This document shows, piece after piece, positions 52,349 to 64,000 of a DNA stretch of 64,000 nt (position 1 is the first letter of the stretch; every line of letters starts with the position of its first letter). A program made the translations under genes and the position numbers. The notes under the pieces were generated by a model, which made no database searches, was not told the DNA's origin, and saw nothing but the letters and a program-made list of their open reading frames with translations. This stretch comes from Marsupella aquatica (lineage: Eukaryota > Plantae > Marchantiophyta): positions 17,552,770 to 17,616,769 of the forward strand of contig OZ316893.1 of assembly GCA_973895155.1 (NCBI GenBank), given 5' to 3'.

Positions 52349-53260
52349 CATGGCAAATCTATCAGAATTGGAGGTCCGAAAGATGGCGGTCGCAGCATTC
52401 ACCAGAGTTGAAGGTATTTCCACACAACAGTCGTGTAGATCTTTAGTTTTATTTTCTTTGTTTGCTTTCAATTTAAATTTCAGCCGTTGCTTCCACACGA
52501 GTTTGTGTAGATACATTATAGTAGTTAGCTTTTTGTGTTATGCGAGACCCAGTACTAAGTTTTCTACACAAGACTCATGTAGATGAGCTCCAGTACTAAC
52601 CCGTGAGCGCTCAGATCATGCTCAAAGGTAACCCTCAGTCTTTTGTCTCCAAATCATTATTAGACATTTTGTATCTCTATCTCCATGTGACTCTCGTGTA
52701 GATCCCAGACGTTCCTCATCCCATCAGAACTTCTGTATGAAAATGCATTGAGTAAATATCATTTTCATTTGCATTCACGCGACTCTTGTGTAGAGCATGT
52801 TACTCATCTCAGGCTAATTTGTTACCTTGAAGGCCAAATTGACAATGCCTTTAAACATTTGAAATCGATCAAAGAAAAATATGAGGAGTCCAAAATGACT
52901 GAGGATGTCCTAGAGGAACTTGAGACCCTACAAAACTGTGAAGGAGAAAGATGAAGAGATTAGTTCGATTAGAATGGATTATGCTGGCAGATATTTTTGA
53001 GCTCAGTCGAACCATCTTCAGACATGTCAGAAGTTGTGCCTAGTTATGAAGGAGGCCCCAAAGCTTGATGAGATCCATCAGAGTTAGATTCAAAGGCTCA
53101 CAAGGCAGTTGATTATCATGAAGGCCCAGGAGGAAGGCCATGTCCAGACTATCAAGAGGATGAAGAAGGAAGCAGCCTAGAAGACGTTTTTCTAGAAGTC
53201 ATCTCTCTCAAGACTTAGTTCTAGACAAGTTATTTAGTTGGAGATAGAGGCACCTAGATG
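52349..53260 (+). pseudogene. Decayed small coiled-coil gene fragment, function unknown
   Basis: MANLSELEVRKMAVAAFTRVE|gt...ag|GQIDNAFKHLKSIKEKYEE..., followed by stops. Confidence 0.3.
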
Positions 53261-54449
53261 AATATGTGCCCCAACTTTAGAAGATGGTAGTTGAGCGGGC
53301 AAAGTCCATTTTGATTGATTGAGTTATTTTCTGGACGAATTGTCCATTTTTGTGAATAATAAAGTCTTGGAATTTGTTTTGACATCTTGGACTCTGTTCT
53401 AAATCTTCCATTTTTGTTCTTTCCTAGGATTCCCTTATGTTTGTTTCAGCCACCCGCGCCTACCGCAGCCGTTAAGTCAAAGCACTATTAGCCACCAAAA
53501 TCCAATCGTCAATTCATGGTCTTTTGAAATGTGTCTGGAGGGTGACGATTGGAGGTGTTATTTAGGGGGGATTGTTATTGCAAAGCCCAAGAAGTACTTG
53601 AATGTGGTTGCCAATTGTAAGATTTCAAAAGCACCAAAGCACCAAAAGGGGAAGGTCTTTTTGACAGTGACGGTGGAGGATTGCGTTGATTGTGGATATA
53701 GTGAGTTCTCTCTTCTCGTTGAACAATATTGTGGCGCACATTGTCTGGAGCCAAATGATGCAAGAATGAACATAACGTCCTTAGGAGTTTTTTATCCATC
53801 CACTCATCGTTTGGGCATAGCAGTGGAGACAGGAAACAGGAAATTGTTATTGTAAAGGTGTACTATTTGGCAAAGTTTTTCAAAAATTCACGTAAGGAAC
53901 AACCACATACTTAAGCTTAAAATATTCCTACTCCCATAAGACACGACGTCAGATATAAGTGAAAGGTGTGCTTATAGTTGCTCGGAGAGGTTCCAATCCC
54001 TTGTCACTTGCTCAGATTATAGATAAAAAAGGGTTGTCATTCAATTCACTGCTGTTTAGATACAACAACATTTCTAAACAGTCCACTTTGGAATGCTTCA
54101 TTTAGTTCATATACTTCATTAGTGTGTTTTTTAAAAAGCCAAACCTTACAACCCATGGAGGAATGGAGTATGCTCAGGCGGGACCCACCACAAAGCCAAT
54201 TATAGTATGAATTAAGTTATCGGAAACATAGGGGTCTGTCAGGCAGAGTGTGAAACTAGCGCCAGGCGCTAACAAAGGATTAAGTACGCAGAATATAGGG
54301 ACGATAATCAAAGCTTACGGGACCATCCAATGACACTAACCAGATAAAACAATTTTTTTATAAATAAGTTATTGACCAGCGCCCGATGCTAACCAAAACC
54401 ACATAAAAAACTAGAGTAATATCCGTTGACTAAAGACAAAACAACATAG

Positions 54450-57400
54450 TATCCGTTATGGAATACGACACTTAAGGAAAAATCGAGTCCCTCTATAAAC
54501 CATTTGCGTTCTGCCTCTCCAACACAAGTCTGATTTCTCCAACTGTCAAAATTGGCTGGCTACACAGGGTAGACTCCTCTACATGAAACTTGAAGACATT
54601 TATGAACACCTAGTACAAATGTTTACAGGGCATATAAGGCTTGCCGCGGGAATGACGATGGAAGAAATCTTCATAGGAACAAGTAGGGAAGATGCACATT
54701 TGGACAAAGTAAGTGTTTGGGGAGCGAAGGTTCTCGTGAGTCCGTATTTTGAATTGTTTTCCAAAAGCAATTCCACTAATCACATCCCACTCTCCATCTA
54801 GAGTCATAGCTTCTTTTCGAGCCGACTCCATTCGTTTACTGTGAGCCACAGTTAGATTAGAGCGAGGTCTGGAGTTCCTCCCATTCCTACTACGAAGGCG
54901 CACGTTGGGCTCCGCAAAATTGATTTTCTCTGGAAATGTGTTTACATTGATTCTCAAGTCGAATGCAACAGGTACAGTTTGAGTTCGAGAGGTCGCAGCT
55001 GTTTGGACCATAGAGACTCCCTGCACTTGAAGGTACTCTATCTCGCCAGGCGAGAGGTTTGTTCCTTTCACAACTGGCAGGATGTCCGGTACAAGAGGAA
55101 GGCGTTCAACACCACAACACGGGCGGCTCTTGTAGCATGTGCTATTTGGGCAGAACCATATCATTTTGGCAATGGGCGTTCCTCTGAAAATGCAATGTCT
55201 GCTGACAACAATGCCGACAACACCAGCAGCAAAATAGAACCCTACTTTCTTGACACGATTTTGACACTCATCTTTGTGAGAATCTCCATGCAAGGTCCCA
55301 TTACACTGTGGCCCTGCCCCATATTTGGCCGTCCGTCTCAAATGCCAGCTCCCTCTTGGAACGTCCATTTCCAAAGGAGCTGATTCTGTCGGCAAACGTT
55401 GAAGCACAACAGGGGCATTGCGTGGTGGTTGAGATGATGTTGTTTCCCTCATGGCTTCAGGGGTGTTCGCAAAGGAATCACTTTCACTCGTTGAAGTGTC
55501 ACTCCCGCAAAGGTCTACCACACGATCTACTACATTGGTGGGAATGGAAGTGAACTCAATGTTGTTGAGATTCTTCCGTTTGAATCCTTGAGTATTTGGG
55601 GTAGTGATGAGAATGGTGTCATGCCGATGGGAGTCTTGTGGCGAGACAATCCCAGTTGCAAGTCCCTTCCTCTTAACCAATTTGGTGATGATATCTCCAT
55701 TCAGAGGAGAATTCCTACCCAGATCAAAATCGGCAGAGTTGGAAAGAATCATGTGAGTGGCTTCTTCGAATAACTTGGGTGAACCTGCTCGGTCTGCCAA
55801 ACGGAATGCTAATTCCTAGATAGGTGGCCCCTTCCCTCTATCTTTCCGATATGCACTGTAACCCGCAACTTGAGATATAGCTCGATTTTGATCAACTTTG
55901 CATGCTTCAAAGAGACCCACCATTTTTTGGGCTGCCCATGCTTTCATTGAAGCATGTCTTGACTCAGAACCTGTACAGTTTGGAATGAGGGCACTTTCTT
56001 CTGCGCTTTTGCTCTGCAATGAAGTGGATCCAGACCAACTTTAGTCAAATTGTTTAAGCAGCACCAGGCGCTAGCAATGTATATAATATATATTAATATA
56101 ATGTTGCTATTATCAAGTGTTCCTAAGTCATGAATATGGCAAAGTTATCTGTACAGTTTAAAGCAGCGTCAGGCGCTAGCAATGTGTATGATATGATAAT
56201 ATAATGTTGGTATCTGTACAGTTTAAAGCAGCGCCAGGCGCTAGTATAAACACATTGAGAAGTGACTATTGTACGCATTGATAAAACTTACCACGCGAAT
56301 GAAATTCCCCCACTGACGCCATCAAACGACCCACCATGATATCCAACTCTGCAACATCATCAATTTTCCTAGGACACAATTGCCTGCTTGCCACCACAAC
56401 ACAATCTCCCTAGAAACTCGGTACACCGCAACAAACGATGGAGCATTTCGCAATTTCTCCCACAGTCTTAGATGTTCAGGTTGCCTACCCTCCAGTACTC
56501 CCTCCGTGGAATGTCGATGGAAAGACTAGTAAAAGTGGAATGCATCGGAGCGTTCACGTTCAGGGTCTGGGTGACCTCCAAAAAAGACATTGCGAACGGC
56601 AATCCATCCAGTCTGAGCATTGTTGGCCATAAAACCTTGAATGGTAACCTCATGTAACCCATTTTCCTTACAAACCTCTATCATAATTCTCCATGCCTTC
56701 TCAAAGGACTCCGTGTCTTCAGCTTTTAGTTCGCATGTGAATATTATACAAAGAGCTTGAAAGTTGTGATCATAAACGTGTGCGCTAAAAGTAAACCAGT
56801 CGGTTGTCACTCGCTTCATGACATCAAAACTCACCCAAGCCCCTTCCAGTCTTTCGCCAGGTTGCATCTACCGTAGAAGATCTACACCAGATCCATGACC
56901 CTTGACTGACATTTTGAATATGTGGGGCCGATCTGCTAAACAACCCTGACCCGGCAGAAGATACCTTTGGAGGAAAGAAATATTATTTGACCTTTGCATT
57001 CGAGCTAGGAAATCTAACTCACCACGACCAGCCTGGTCCATTTGAACGCTACGACAAAGGGATGCAAATTTCTGAGGAGTAGATAGAACCATTAGAGACT
57101 TCCAAATTTCTGTTTCTTCAATATCTACGATGTTGTCAACATTCTTGCAAAGAGCTTTCACAAGCGAACCAATCGCCGAATTCAAAATCCTAGCCGGTTT
57201 TGCAAGAGGATTGGCTTCGTGATTTCTTTTTATTAAGTCCTCCGCCATCTTTTCAGCGCTCCTCGAGAAAACTTTTGTACTTGGATGGTTATGTTCACCT
57301 ATATGAACCGTGAGCCGAGACATGTGACTACAGGTTTCTGTATCAAGTAGGACCTGTGGATACATATAGAACAAGCGAGCATGGCAAGAGTCCACACAAA

Positions 57401-58312
57401 AAGGAATCTGTTCATAGTAGTGACATACTATATCACCCTCTTCAATGAACGAACCCACCACATGCTGGCCACTAAGCTTAGGGGTACCAGCCCAGGCTTT
57501 TGAATTGCATCTCTTCTTTCACCAAAAATACTCACAGGACTTGTTCCTGCACTCGACGAACCCAGTACAAGTGACTTTACCAAACTCCTAGTGTTTCTTA
57601 GGTTGCACGTTTGCGGTCGTCGGAAAAATTCTGGTCCAAATGTAACAATCTTTGGCACAGTCCATGTCACGAAGTCTGATCCTTTGGACTACATTTCCAC
57701 AATGGGAGGCAATTCAAATACAACATTTTCGTTGTACTTATTTGGCAAACAAGGAACTTAATCGTGTCGGAAGTCCCCTGCCGAGATAAATCTTGACAGT
57801 TCACTATGGCCCGTGGCCTTGAGTAAGGCGTCCATTGCACTCCGCCGGTAAACCTTATGGACACCTCCGAAAGTGGCCACCGATTCACTCTTAAGGCAAC
57901 TAGAGCCTGGAACTTCATGCTTCTCAGGAGGATTGGGTGCAACATCCTCATCTTCACTCTCAGATATTTCAACAACCTGGGGTGGAATGTCCTGAACAAC
58001 CGATTGAAGAGGAGTAGGTCTAACATGAAGCGTGTAACGAAGTCCGACATTCATGTGCCATAAATGTATTCCGTCATCCACATCAAATGCCGCAGCACGT
58101 TCAAGTCCTCCACTCAATGACTCCTCGGGAACAATCGACTCAATGTCATTGATTCTCAAATCAAATCTCCCGCACGGGTAGGTCTCGCTTACTTGCTTGT
58201 AAGTATCAGAAACTTGCATGGGAACCTTGACGACGTCCCCGGTACAAGCACGTGTAATAACAATTGAGCGCGACATTGTAGATGAATGAAGTGAAGGCCA
58301 GAGGAAATTCAT
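54450..58312 (-). pseudogene. Mutator-like DDE transposase with C-terminal SWIM zinc finger; intron about 56040-56290
   Basis: VSFDVMKRV (D1), GFMANNAQ (D2 position mutated), AFHF, NCTGSESRHA (E), SWIM-like PTCSYEDF...PCKHLY; upstream C/H-rich region CHARL..HNHP; stops and frameshifts. Confidence 0.78.
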
Positions 58313-59238
58313 GCACTAACCCAATCTCGACCGTATTGGTTGCACCACCCCTTCAAGGACCACCGGCCGTTAAAAGAGACGTTCCAATACGACAGAGAAC
58401 ATGCACAACTTTGCGTCCGTTGAAATCATAAATGAGACATTTGTCCTTTTTGCCCGGCAAGTGCAGGTGTCAAGAATATTTATTACATGAATACAACTAG
58501 ATAATAGCCTATACAAGTGCGTCCATTTCATTAGCGTCGAGCGCTACCTAAAAATCATTGGAATAACAATGACTTAATTTGAAAAGTCTCGTGACTAGCG
58601 CTTGGCGCTAGCATAATCATACACGAAATATTGATGAATTTGTTTTTCAAAATATTGCATCACAAGCATTTTTAAGCTCAAATATAGTGAATTGGTACTA
58701 GCGCCAGGCGCTAGTATTGATACAAAATACTTAATACCATAATATCAAGTAAAGTTTAGTTACTACGGGTGAAACGAGTACATTTGGAAGTTTGTTAACA
58801 ATATCTGTTACTAAAATAGAACGTTAATCAAATTATTTAAATGGCTAGCGCCGGGCGCTAGCATTTGTTCACCAATAAATTTTTGAATTTAGTAGTCACT
58901 TCTTCGTTAGCGCCCGGCACTGGCATTGCAGGTCTGTCAGAAAGGTGTTGAGACAACGGTAACATTTAACGGTAACTAATGTTTAGCGTGATGATCATGC
59001 CAACATTTTAGCGTAATTCACATTAATACTTATCGCAATTTCTAAATTGTCGCTTTCTGTCACGGATAAATAATATTGAATCTCGTCGTTCACAATGAGT
59101 AACGTCTCTCCAACCGATTACAAAGAGGGGAATAGCACTCATTGATCGGATATAATACGGCCGCAACTGTTAATATGGTATGGAAAACTGGTAATCAGTC
59201 GTGAGAATTCTGTTCGTACACCTTTCATCGTAAAGACG

Positions 59239-62200
59239 ATGGATGCAATCCCCTCCTTGTCGAGGGGGTATAGTGTGGTTGGGGATCAGGATCGTGGGTA
59301 TTGCGAGTCTTCTGAGTCTTCATTCTCTGGTTCAGTGTATACGCATCGAGTAACGAGATCCACCGCATTGCTTATTCCAATCTCTGGTATTTTGTTTGCC
59401 AAGCCAGCGAGAAAGAAGATGGAGAATCTTGACACATTTGCGATTCAAGATGTTTCATTTTCCAAGACGGATCTTATTTCAAAACATGTCATGTCATTTC
59501 GGAAGGATTTCAGAGGGTTTGACAAAGAGCCTCCATGAATTCCACTATGTCGGTTGGTGCATATGGAGGTTGTCCGAACTCTACAGAAAGATAGTTCTTC
59601 CATCGACAAGCTGAAGACTCTTTCCGTAGCATGGGATACAATTCTTTGATTGGAATGAGGTTTTATGTTCAGCCTACCGATGCTGAGGGAGTGCTTCTCA
59701 CTTGTACTCAAGAAATTCGTGATAGTTGGGATCCAATATGGACATCTGAGAATGAGAAATTCGAGGAAGAATGTGTTGCCGACCCAGATTTTTTGGTTTT
59801 GAAGGACAAAATTTTCTCAGTTTTTTACAGGAACCATAGGCTTTACTCGTGGACTCTTGTCACTCAAGAGAGTCCCAAAAACAAAGTACCACCCGCGTGT
59901 GCTTTGTACTATTTTCAGTGGCGACAAGGGTTCGCTGATAGAAATTGAAGCGGCTATGCACACCGTTAACCAGTAAGATACTCTTTTGTGCATAACTTCG
60001 TGAGTCATTGTGAATTGTTCATTCTTTCTAGCATAACTTTCCGAGGCCATGTTTTACGAGCGCCCGGCGCTGCTTATATGTTCTTCTCATTTCGTTCTTT
60101 TATTTCAGGCTTGGACAAGCCGTTGTGGAACCCTCCTGGATCCTAGACGTCGATCAAATTAAGCGGATCTTGATGCACAACCTAGAGTACTATAGTAAGC
60201 TCATCGACCCTGCAAATTACAAGAAGTTTGAGAATTTCAGGATGAAGACGCGAAAAGGATCATGGTACACAAAGAAGATGCCTCAGGAGGCTCTTGTGTA
60301 CATTCTATGTCAGGATAAGATTAAGTCGTATTCGAACCAGTTCAAGATTGACATGGAGTCCGTTGCGGCCCTCGGTACCCCTTGGTTGGTCGAGGAGGTT
60401 TCCAGAAGGCATGCCGTTATGATGAAGGAAGCAACCAAGGATGGGCAGTGAAAACCTCAAAAATCACTCCTTTGTTGAGTCCAAAGTTTGAGGACTTTCT
60501 GTCTACGTGCGCATAAATGTATGTTGTCACGGAGAGGAATAAGCGGGAGAAGAAGCCAGATACCGTGTTGTGTACCATGGACCGTGCCAGGCTTTTTACA
60601 GCTGTTTCGGCTCTTGACGCCAAGCTACAAAGTACTTTGCTTGTAGCACATTGCAATCCGGAGCTCCGAAGACAATTCTTCCATCCGAATAGCGTCAATG
60701 ATGATCCAGTAAAACAGTGGTGTCACACTTGGATTACATGGAATAATGTAGAAGGGATTGCGGTGGGGATGTTGCAATGTGCTTTACGAGAGGTCCAACA
60801 AACCATTCTCGTGAATCGTTTACAAGATTGGGCATGTGAATCATTCGAATCTCTCATTGACATAGTCACGAATGATTTTAGGAAATACGGTGACTCTGTC
60901 AAGGGTAAGTTTTTTAATACAATGTGGCCCTCAAAGTATCCTGACAAAGAGGATTACTCTTTGAAGAACCAGAAGCAAGCAAAATGGGACCTCTACCGTT
61001 TTTACATCCACATGGAAGCTACAAAACCTGATTACTTTTGGGCATATCCCGCCGCCTTCCTGAAGTGGACTGTAATACCGGAGAGTGATTCTTTAGCTGA
61101 ATTGTATTCTATGTATCCTGTCAAGGGAATTTTCCCAGCAAGACCTTTGAGTGAATGGGAGAGAACCCATTGTCCATGGTACCTAGATACAGATAGATGG
61201 GACTCGCCCTTTGATCACAGAGAAAAGGATGCTTTCCATAAGCTGTCTAAGTCCCAGATCCCAGTCAATGTTGTTTTTGACATGAAGCAGGGGCTTCCGG
61301 ACGATGTGGATCAATCCACAACACAATTGCAAACAATATGCGAGACAACAATTGTTCATGTTGACCGAAGCAGGAAGCCTCGCGCCAAAGCAAAAGCAAA
61401 TACTACAGCCCCAAGTAAATCAACAAGATCTGGGAAAAAATGTAAGTATAATTTGTTTCCTTTGGTTAGCACTCGGCGCTGCTATGGCAGTCAATATCTG
61501 TCACATTGTTAGCGCCCGACGCTGCTATGAGAGTCAATATCTGTTACATTGTTAGCGCCCGGCGCTGCTATGAGAGTCAATATTTGTTACATTGTTAGCG
61601 CCTGACGCTGCTATGAGAGTCAATATTTGTTATATTGTTAGCGCTCGGCGCTGCTATGAGAGTCAATATTTCAGAAACTGAATTGGTATTTTTAGTCAAA
61701 AAGTGTATATTTATGGCCAAGTCTTAGAGATAGTTTGGCCAGCGCTGGGCGTTAGCATTGTCTTTGTCTCAATATTAACGGATATCACCTCGGCATCCAT
61801 TTGAACAGGGAGAAAGTCAGACGCCATGGGGAGCGGAGATACAAAGATAGATGCCACCCTAGAGGCTTCTAGAGCCAATACCGGAGCACCATCCGATCCA
61901 ATTACTCCCGCCGACAAAGGGAAGGCGATCGCTCTAGTGGATGCGACCAGTACAAGGAAGAAGAGAAAAAGGACCATTGAGGGTGGATCTTCCTCTTGAG
62001 AAAGTGCTGCTGCTGTAGGTCTTCAGCGCGAAGTCGGGGACTTCAAGAGTAAACTTTCAAGGCATTGCCTTGTTGAATCTAGCATCTCAGAATTCTACGA
62101 CTCAACATTTAACAAAGGGGAGAAGCCTTACTGGTGAATGGTGTAGAGAAATGGGGAAAGGATCTCATGAATTCTGGCTTTGGAGAGAAGGGCATTGTGC

Positions 62201-63570
62201 GTGGTGGAAAGGAGAGATCGTTTGGAGTCCACGCGGGTTTTATCTACCTTCTGACAGGACTTAAACCATCTCTGCTAGACAGAAAAGTTCCGAAATGGAA
62301 TGTCCTTGACCACACTTTGGCCACCTCTTTCTTTCGTGGAATGGATCCATTTTTATCTGATGACGGAATGCTGGCCATTTTACATAACGGGGAGTACAAT
62401 CCGATGTCTCAGGTTACATCGGCTTGTCAGGATTCGAAGAAGTTTCATTGCATCTCGTTACACAATGTTGTCATGTCAGTTCCAATGTACGCGCCAAAGA
62501 CTGACCGACAGGTAAATTTCTCATCGTGACATCTGGTTTGCGGTTCAAAGAATGTTTATGAATGTGTCCATTGACATACCTTTCTTGGGTTATATTACAG
62601 ATCTTCACGCTCAGGCTGGACGTCTTCTGTTGAGTGTCTGAAAAAGGGAAGGTGCCAAAAGACTCGAGGTTTAGACCTCTGTCAGTCACGGAAGATCCCT
62701 CCATAACAAATTTAATTGGACTTCCCTCTCTCAAAGTCGATCCAACACCTGAGATGGAATTTTCTGGAAATGCCCGCTTGTCGGTTGGATTCATGCAATC
62801 TATGATTGAGCTCATCACTCATCCTAGGGATATTTTCATGGATTGGACAGTGGGGTCGGGTAGCGCTTTTGTAGCTGGAGACTATTCTGGGAGGTTTGTA
62901 ATTGGAGTGGAGAATAGGAAAGATTTTGTTGAAACTGATTCCAAGGTGTTCTTAGATCTACTTTCTCCAAAGGAAGTCGAAACTTTGCCACCCCCAATTC
63001 AACCACCCGAAAAGAAAAGGAGAGACAAGCTCCATTCTGTACTTAATTTTGACTCTGACGATGAGTCAAGTGGTGGTACAGCAGACGAAGATGAGGATGG
63101 CACACCTAAGGGGAAGGGTCAGGAACAATCCGCTGGCCAGAGTGACAGCGATGACTCTTCTGAGTAATGTTCTGAAACTCGTAAGCTTCTTTCTCCTTTC
63201 CAGTTCCTTCATGCTTTTGTGCTATCCATTCATACAATTGGTTGACGAACTTCTGTTCTGAGCACCTAGGTCCGAATGGAATACGAGAAGACGCTTCAAA
63301 CTCAGAAGAAAAGTAGCTCGTTTTGAAATTGTCACTCCGGAGAAACCATTTGTTTTTACCCTCTTATGCTAAGAACGCTGCAAGAATGGAAGATAATCAG
63401 AGGACTCTTTGTTAGGACAACAAAGGTCTCCGGCTACGAAGAGGAGTTGATAGAAAATTTGTCTGAAATCCTTATGTGGACAACGTTTGTAGGAGCAAGT
63501 ATGTAGATGACAAGGTGGTCTCGATCGAGAGGTCACAGAGCTCCGAATTGGAATCATTCGATTCTTGAAG
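59239..63570 (+). pseudogene. ParB-like plus N6A/N4C DNA-methyltransferase-like gene copy 2, 5 exons (introns 59973-60108, ~61442-61808, 62512-62600, ~63164-63269)
   Basis: Homologous over its full length to 7575-8214 plus 31221-34671; FLSDDGMLAILH, DWTVGSGSA, GRFVIGVE; GT-AG introns conserved in both copies. Confidence 0.82.
61465..61671 (+). repeat. Intronic 43-bp tandem repeat x5, each unit with the AGCGCCNGGCGCT palindrome
   Basis: Units start at 61465, 61508, 61551, 61594, 61637: GTTAGCGCCCGGCGCTGCTATGAGAGTCAATATTTGTTACATT. Confidence 0.95.
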
Positions 63571-64000
63571 CGTTTTTGCAGCTTAGATTTTACCAGCGCC
63601 GGGCGCTGTTATCATGATACATGTATTTATTATCCCAGATATGATTTGTTTACATTACATTGATAATAAAATGTATTAAATTCCTCATTTCCCTTACTGG
63701 CGCTCCCCAAACGTCTATTTTTCTAATTGTGAATTTTGAATCCTCCGTCCGTTCCTTGGCCCCGCATATTTTGTTGTTACCGGAAACATTCGTCTCTTTC
63801 TCAACGGTCCTTTTTGCGTTGAACCTTGCTATGATACGTTTTTGCTGATCTCCGAACCTAAACTCTCCATTAGGTCACTCTTGCAAGTTATTTTAGGCAC
63901 ATCCTCTCTCGAAGTCGGGTCATTTCAACAACACCGATCTTGTCATTAGCCTCAATTGCGTTTAACAGTGCCCACTAGATGGAGAAGAAGGAGATCATGT

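Larger units (their letters stand above)
54250..64000. mobile_element. MULE-like element copy 2: transposase (-) and ParB/MTase-like gene (+) arranged head to head; termini not located
   Basis: Extent inferred from the shared AGCGCCNGGCGCT palindromes (54258-63607) and gene content; no TIR or TSD found. Confidence 0.65.

Noticed and set aside
53529-53855. 108-aa ORF as a host gene
   Set aside because: No recognisable domain, no second copy and no supporting splice structure.
53860-54250. Left TIR of the MULE-like element
   Set aside because: No inverted match to the sequence at 39900-40000 or to the window end could be found; termini left undefined.
61465-61671. CRISPR-like array of palindromic repeats
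   Set aside because: The intervening sequence is also repeated (no unique spacers), the array lies in a spliceosomal intron, and there are no cas genes.
59239-63570. Bacterial or phage contamination (ParB-methyltransferase)
   Set aside because: Conserved GT-AG introns in two copies, and copy 1 is interrupted by plant transposons.

Overview
Repeat-saturated eukaryotic DNA with GT-AG introns and many C>T/G>A stop codons, most likely a land plant and probably a non-seed lineage (inference). No ordinary host gene, RNA gene or CRISPR array was found. The window is a nest of transposons. (1) A Mutator(MULE)/SWIM-type family carries a divergently transcribed, intron-containing gene for a ParB-like (DGNHR) plus beta-class N6A/N4C-methyltransferase-like protein, and its non-coding DNA holds about 25 copies of the palindrome AGCGCCNGGCGCT (copy 1 ~7575-39900, copy 2 ~54250-64000). 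(2) A Sola2-like TIR transposon (8215-31216, 4-bp TSD GCAA) splits copy 1 and carries a PMD-like/coiled-coil/RING cargo gene and AAGGACT motif arrays. (3) A young Bianca-lineage Ty1/copia (14950-25012, TSD CGCAT) sits inside it. (4) Two DUF7869/Sola1-like transposase remnants and a MITE lie at 40-51 kb. (5) Four 3.7-4.7 kb elements of two related families (2522-7199, 16758-21358, 35765-39465, 46241-50222) have TG...CA ends and perfect 5-bp TSDs but no LTR pair and no gag/pol. Each encodes one long PMD/Athila-ORF-like coiled-coil protein and shares a covarying subterminal hairpin, so they are either giant protein-coding solo LTRs or integrase-mobilised single-gene units. Family assignments come from motifs recognised by eye, not from database searches.
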